Source of the DNA: Octopus vulgaris
Lineage: Eukaryota
NCBI GenBank assembly: GCA_951406725.2
Contig: OX597828.1
Location: 31,744,001 to 31,808,000, forward strand
Direction: 5' to 3'
DNA: 64,000 bases
Below, one piece after another: positions 56,605 through 64,000 of this stretch. Both the position numbers and the translations under genes were made by a program. Position 1 is the stretch's first letter. Each line of letters starts with the position of its first letter. The notes under the pieces are model-generated. The model searched no databases. It was not told where the DNA came from and saw only the letters and a list, made by a program, of their open reading frames with translations.

Positions 56605-57062
56605 ATGTAGAAAAATACAAACTGGGACAATAACGTAAGTCATTTAGAAGACGATACAAAAAACACGGACGGGACATTCGAAGCCTTCAATCTTCCGTCA
56701 AGAACCGGATCATTCTAGCAATTTCGGTTGATTAATCTTGCGATCGCTTCGATCCGGCCGGCCCCAAGGAAACACTAAGCTACGAGCATTAGATTTCTTG
56801 GAAGAAGGATCGAATGTATACGAAACAGGGACAGAAAAACGGACGATGCCACACGAATATAAAATACAAAAAACAATAATGGTAAAAACAGGACAAATAC
56901 AGCGGGTGTCTTACGACTAATAAATAGTACAACTTAGTTTAGCTGGCGTATTTGGAAAAAAATGCCTTTATCGGCAGACGAAGGCAACGATGTTCTCACG
57001 GCAGTGATCGGAGGCCGAAAGGCTGGTTTGACCAGCGGTCACGTGTGAGAAGAGAGAGAAAA

Positions 57063-57065
<3 letters not shown>
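56605..57065 (-). mobile_element. Non-coding interspersed repeat embedded in (TA)n, architecture like 32690-33120 (possible PLE pLTR derivative)
   Basis: Bounded on both sides by (TA)n. Minus strand starts ctctcttctcacacgtg, like ctctttgctcacacgtg at ~32703, and both carry a CGAAA-N24/25-C(T/G)GANGA arrangement. Confidence 0.4.
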
Positions 57066-57100
<35 letters not shown>

Positions 57101-57103
57101 CAC

Positions 57104-57200
<97 letters not shown>

Positions 57201-57471
57201 TATGTATACAGGCACACGAACACGCACTTGTTATACAGGGGTATACATTTTATACCACCCTCCACTATGAACAATCTTGTCTATGTTCTCTACAGTGCCT
57301 TAAATCTATTCACATGATCACGTGCAGGATCATGTATATATATAGTAATATGCATAAGTGGGGCACTGTGCAATTAACAGCTAATGGTATGCACAGAAAC
57401 AAATGTACTGATTTATATTAAATCATTGTTCATTCCATCATCTAGTATTATAATAAATGTATAGTAAATGT

Positions 57472-57535
<64 letters not shown>

Positions 57536-57834
57536 TATATATATATATATATATATAACTTGAATGATACATTCGTTTAGGTCACTTCCGTGTTTCACAA
57601 TTTAATTAATGATCTTGTATTCCAATTCGTAAACAGAAATATTAACAACATTTTAGAAACCGATATGAGAGACAACACACATAATAAATGCAATAAAACT
57701 AGCCGGCTATCTGGTGTTTCAATTTGTATTATTGAAATATTCCACTACCATATGTATGGCTTCATGTTTTCGCTAACAATAGTTGATATATCTGAACATT
57801 ACGAGGTGCTATTGAGCAGGACAATAAACACACA

Positions 57835-58175
<341 letters not shown>

Positions 58176-58676
58176 GCGGGTATGTGATTCACATATTAGG
58201 TTTAGTAAGAGTCTCAATAATTAAATTTGAAGTCGTATGAATTAATTTATGTCTGTAGCTCTTTGTCACCCGAATACAGTTTTCCAATCATTTAGATATT
58301 TGCTTCCGAATATAGGTGACAATTTTGAGCATGATGTGCTAATTATATCATTTCGAAACCATTGAAATCTTAGTATAGTGTCTGTGACAATGCATCAATC
58401 TTTTGTCCAACTCTTGCTCATTTTATATGAAATATACCGTATACAAAATGTACTCACATTTGCACACACACACAGACAAACACATACACACACACACGCG
58501 CGCGCGCACCCACCCCCACCCACACATATATATATATATATATATTATTGAAGTATTCCACTACCATATGTATGGCTTCATGTTTTGCACACACACAGAT
58601 CGCCATGTTGATTCGGTAGCCTCTGCACGCATTTGTTTTTCTCTCCTTGTTCCTTTCTGTATTTCTTTTCTGTGTA

Positions 58677-58714
58677 TCTTTCTGTTGAAGAGCGTAGGCT
58701 CGAAACGTAAAAGA
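58677..58714 (+). ncRNA. Minimal type-I hammerhead-like motif, A6U core variant
   Basis: UCUUU-CUGUUGA-a-GAGC guag GCUC-GAAA-CG-UA-AAAGA. Perfect 5-bp stem I, 4-bp stem II, palindromic stem III ACGU, GUA triplet. Confidence 0.7.
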
Positions 58715-58866
58715 CTTGTTTTATTTATATTCCTGAGCGCCATACTAATACAATTGTTTGTTTGTATTCCACCTGCCTTCGTCTTTTGTTTATTTTCATA
58801 AAGCTTCCCGTTATATATATACGTTTACACACACGCGCATCTGTATATATATGCACACACACAGGC

Positions 58867-58898
<32 letters not shown>

Positions 58899-60989
58899 TT
58901 ATGCATAGATACTTATGAATGTATACATGAAGGTCTATTTACATGCCTATATCCATATAGAAATATGTATGTGCTTCTGATTGTATGATTGTTTATGAGT
59001 GTGTGTAGATATCGATATATCATTTTGTAGTGTGTTATCGGAAATAGTAGTTTATGGCTTCTTTTGAAGGAGAGAGATCCGATATACAACTTATACAACT
59101 TATTGACAGCCTTTCCTATATATATGTTTACTATTTTCATACGAGGTAAATTGTAGAGGTTGCTGAGAAATGTAAGAATTTGTTTTAACAAATTAAAATA
59201 TGATGGACAGTATATGCCGTAAGTTTTGCATAAATATACAGAGCACAATCTTAGAATTAACATAATTCGTGACAATATATATATAATCATATACAAAAAC
59301 ATTAGTTTCATTTTGTAGTAGTATTGTGTAATGTATCTATGGTATATCCTAATGTTAATCAATTAAACATTGACTTATGTATTCTTCTCAGTAATCAACA
59401 TCGCTTTTAGTTTTTTAGACTTAATAAAAAATGTATTTATCTATTGAATATTTATGCCTATGTTTCTGGCTTATGAATAGGTGCTTTGATGATATCTAAG
59501 TAAAGTTCGTTTATTTTGTAAAGGAGAACATTTCGCAATGGCCACGACTCACAAACATATAGCTGAAATTATTGCAAAAGAAATAACAGACTTATATTAC
59601 ACTTAAATCGACAAGTACATTTTATACCAAGTAGAAACAATTACAAATTATAGCATTCTCGATATTATAACTGACATCAAAATTGATGTGTTCTCTCCTC
59701 GAATTTGATAGATTTAATATGAAAATATTGTCTCTCCAATGATTTAATTAAATTTTCAACATACTATCTCAGATCAATCACGTTCTAAATAACCTGACGT
59801 GGTAACAGAATTGTTGAGTATAAGGAACAGCACGTTGTCGCATTTCATTAGTTTATTTACGATTTGAGTTCAAATCCCGCTGAGTTGAATTTGACCGATA
59901 ACCCTTAAAGTAAAGGTATCAGATAAGTACTAGCTATCAATGGTATTGAGTAACCCCTCTACTAAAATTTGTCTTTGTTTATGATTAAATTACGAACCAA
60001 TATTTTCATTCTATGTACGCGATAGATGAGAGAAGTCTTAGCTCCTACATGTGTCAAAAGAATCCTTTTGTACAGTTTGCTAAACATTTTAATGCATTTA
60101 AAGCAACACATTTGATTACAAATAAATCTGGCACTGTAAGTGTTATTTGATTCTCTGTAAACATTCGGAAAATTGATATGTTATACAGTGTAAACAAGCC
60201 GGGTTTACGTGTAGATTTCATTACAATGTAGAGTACATTAAAACGTGTAAGTTCGCAATGTCATATCTAAAATAATGGTAGTGATTTGTAATCGTTTCTT
60301 AACGGGTTAGGAGGGAAGAAGTCATCTTCTAGCAGTAAGAAGGTCAAAGGCATTGAATGCAATTTGCCTACGTGGTTCTACACTGCATTTGTAAATTACT
60401 ATTGGATTTATACCACTACAACATCTTGAATTTTTAACAGTTTTTATGAATACGTGTTATTCATGAGCGTTCACAGCCAGCATCAAAACGAATTGCTTTT
60501 TATTGCAGACTTTTAAAAATAATATTCATTCAGACGTTCTTAGTACCGAAACCTTTACAACTTGTAATATTGTCATATTTCTCTGATTATCTCTCATAAC
60601 AATTATATGATTCGCAATAAAATTACAATGTTCACTATTCAGAACATGCATAATTAAATTCGAATACTTTCTTTTCTAAGCTCAAACAAAACAATATTTT
60701 CTCTAATGATGTTGTATACCACACACTGTATAAATTACCTAGTACTTAAATGTATATACTTATATAGAAAGAGAGCGAAATGTGGGTTCGAGTCCCAAGC
60801 GTACGGGAAAACTCACTTTTTTCTGTCGGAGACTTATATGCCCCAATGTTAGACAATTTTATTTCGTCATTGGGCGGTGACGGGTTATAAGCTTTATTCG
60901 ATTATTATTATTTACAAAATTGTAAAAATCAACGCTGCTTAACCAAACCCATCACAGTAAAAGAATATATGTATATGCGTGTGTGTGTG

Positions 60990-61205
60990 TATGTTTGTGG
61001 GGAAGGGTGTACCTCTCAGCTGGAGAGCTAAAAAGTGAGTGCATCTGGCGGCACCTATTTCACCAGGCGGCCAGCACAGTTGTCCAGTATGTAATACAAG
61101 GGGTAAAAGCCTGGCCGGGCTTCAAAGTCATATAAGGGCATCATGCAAACAATCGTGAAGTCTTCTTGGCAATGGTTTTTCACTTGTAACGAGGATGCAG
61201 CTGTG
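60990..61205 (+). mobile_element. 3' end of RTE-clade LINE (decayed C2H2 zinc fingers)
   Basis: [22 protein letters not shown], with tail gcaatggtttttcacttgtaacgaggatgcagc similar to the 14262-14620 copy. Confidence 0.65.
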
Positions 61206-61239
61206 ATGTAATATATATATATAAATATATACATATATA

Positions 61240-61530
<291 letters not shown>

Positions 61531-62116
61531 AATGGCAGTAATATTATTTACATCTAAATATCTTTGCTTAGTAATCAGGCAAATGTTTTAGTCGCTCTCT
61601 TTCTTTTTCTCTCTCTCTCTTTCTCTCTCTCTCATTTCCTACGGTCTTAACATTTTGAAGTATAATTATTCATATTTGTTCACAGTTATTAAGTCGTGAA
61701 ATGATATCTTACGGAACATTTATTTATTTGGCAAAGAATATCGTATTGCAATAGGCACTTCTGAAAACACAAATGTATCTTGTTGAGGAATAACGAATAA
61801 ATAAGTGAATGTATATCACATTCAAATCGAATGAAATGAAACTTACAAACCACAAATAAAAGCTTTCTTAAAAAGTTGTACTCATATTAGAAATCAGTCA
61901 TTATTTACTTGGAAACACCAAATCACAGAAATTATAGAATTTTATATCTCCAGTATGATGATGTACTTCTTTTCCGGTAGAAGCAGAGGATTAACGTCAT
62001 ATTTTGTTTGTCAGATTTGTTTAAAAACATACTTTTTCCTTTTATACCGTTTTTTTCTGCCGTGCTTTTAAATTTGTTTATTTGTCTGGAATAATAAATA
62101 TTTTTGAGTGCATTAA

Positions 62117-62251
<135 letters not shown>

Positions 62252-62571
62252 GAGTATTTGTGTTTGTATACACATATGTGTATCTCTGCATATATGCATA
62301 TATATATATAAATGAATGCATTAGTATAAAAGTTTTAACATAAACTATTTATCGTAGATTTGATGTATAATCGATATAGTATATATACGATTGTATGTGT
62401 GTGTGTGTGTGTGTCTGTGTGTGTAAGTCCATTCATTATCTGATGACCATTTTACTATGTTGTATGTCACTACCAGCATGAGAAACAGAGGTTATTCTTT
62501 TTCTATATCCATCACCCTCATCAACGATGTTTCGTTTGCTCAAGATTCGTGATTGATATGCAATAAACGCT

Positions 62572-62617
<46 letters not shown>

Positions 62618-62904
62618 ATGTGTGTGTGTGTACATCTATGTGTGTGCATTTGTATGTGTGTGAGCGTGTGTGTGTACATGTGCTTGGAAAAAGGATTGGT
62701 CTAGGCCGTGTGTACAGGAATAAATATTACAAAGGGGACCAAAAAGAATGTAGGAAGAGTTTTCAGGGTATCAAGGATTACCTGGCGATAAAACAGTTTT
62801 GAGGCATTGTAAGAAACATCATACAAAACATGTCTATAACTGTGTTACGAAGGATTGATAATAATCATAAATAATGATGATCAAAATATTAGTAGTAACA
62901 CTAC

Positions 62905-63443
62905 CATGTAGCGAAAGTTCTCCATTGGAAACTGTTCGAAAAGCGGGGGCTAGAGAGGAGCAGGACTTGGTATAAGCACAAACCACAGAGATTGGCGGAG
63001 TCAGAGCCTAGCAAAGTCCTCTGGAACTTCCCAATAGAAACTGGTCAAATGCTGGTAGTTGATAAGATGCACACAGATACTATATAGTTGATGTTGCATG
63101 TCCATTTGACTCATGAGTAGTCAAGAAGGAAGGCGAAAAGATTGATAGAAACAACCCTCTGAAGTACGAAATAGTCCGACTAAGGAATATGAAGAAGGTG
63201 AAGGCACTGCCAATTATTGTAGGGTCCGTGAGAACAGTATTCAGAAAGCACAAAGAGGAATACAAGGGAAATTGGAATAGAATGCCAAGTAGAACTGTTA
63301 CAAGATGTTTGCATCTTTAGCACTGCCAGAATAATCGGGAAAGTATTAGATACCTGAAAAGAGCGAATAGCATGGTACCATAGTCTTCAGGTAGCAAGCC
63401 CGCCCGCTACGCATGTAAGACTCGATGAGTTTGAGATAAAGAG

Positions 63444-63444
<1 letters not shown>
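62905..63444 (+). mobile_element. R4/Dong-clade non-LTR retrotransposon 3' fragment (restriction-like endonuclease) ending in (TAA)n
   Basis: HVAKVLHWKL...WYKHKP...KVLWNFPIET...IVDVACPFD*...KEGEKIDR...LKYEI...PIIVGS...LLQ...TARIIGKVLDT*. The catalytic RPD segment is deleted. Confidence 0.85.

Positions 63445-63511
<67 letters not shown>
63445..63511. repeat. (TAA)n microsatellite
   Basis: Visible in sequence. Confidence 0.97.
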
Positions 63512-63512
<1 letters not shown>

Positions 63513-63823
63513 GCGAAAGGACCCGGTTGCTACCTGGCTCAGATACCAGGAAATCCCAAAATGACAGAAATGCAAAAGATAGTGCTCATCGCAACTGTCT
63601 ATATCCTACATAAATTACTGTCTATGTAATTTCAAATTTTAAAGCAAACTCATAATTTTCTTATATCTCCTTAACCATTCTCCAGAGGTATACTATTTAC
63701 GAAACCAAATATATGACACCCTAGGCATAACACCAAGATGAACGTCTAACTTGTTGTCTCTTGAGGTCTCTGGGTGAGACTTGGAGCCAATTTGTACAAA
63801 TACAAAGCAAAAGTGAAACATCA
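63512..63823 (+). mobile_element. Second R4/Dong-like 3' terminal fragment inserted within (TAA)n
   Basis: YLAQIPGNPKMTEMQKIVLIATVYILHKLLSM* (cf. C-terminal LQK..LLGTA.ILRK.L motif), then a 3' UTR with gaggtctctgggtgagacttgg, then (TAA)n. Confidence 0.7.
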
Positions 63824-63879
<56 letters not shown>

Positions 63880-63897
63880 CAACAACAACAACAACAA
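63824..63897. repeat. (TAA)n-(CAA)n microsatellite
   Basis: Visible in sequence. Confidence 0.97.
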
Positions 63898-64000
63898 TAT
63901 GGAACTGTTATCATGTACGTTGTTTCTCTTGGTATAAAATATATGATACAGCAAATATTCTACTCAATACCACGAATTTGCTGATTAGCTGTTTCACCTG

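Noticed and set aside
60775-60800. B-box-like gggttcgagtccc as a tRNA
   Set aside because: No A box or cloverleaf upstream; probably a SINE or tRNA pseudogene scrap.

Overview
AT-rich, microsatellite-dense eukaryotic DNA. It is very probably intergenic or intronic cephalopod (Octopus-like) sequence, inferred from the tRNA-derived SINE families and the density of (TA)n, (CA)n, (GATA)n and (TAA)n tracts. No intact protein-coding gene is evident, and almost all ORFs in the supplied track are translations of microsatellites. The window is a transposon graveyard: two Penelope-like (GIY-YIG) relics, RTE-clade and R4/Dong-clade LINE fragments, mariner/Tc1 and pogo/Tigger-type DNA transposon derivatives, many SINEs, and a near-perfect 7 x 227 bp tandem array. 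The most interesting signal is non-coding: a set of minimal type-I hammerhead ribozyme motifs with non-canonical cores. These are (i) an intact U3-A8 compensatory variant in the 3' end of a Penelope element, with a decayed counterpart behind the second Penelope relic; (ii) an A6U variant in a short non-autonomous element; and (iii) a composite SINE made of a tRNA-derived Pol III head, an (AAT)n spacer and a hammerhead-bearing tail, present as two inverted copies. All ribozyme calls come from manual folding; activity is untested.
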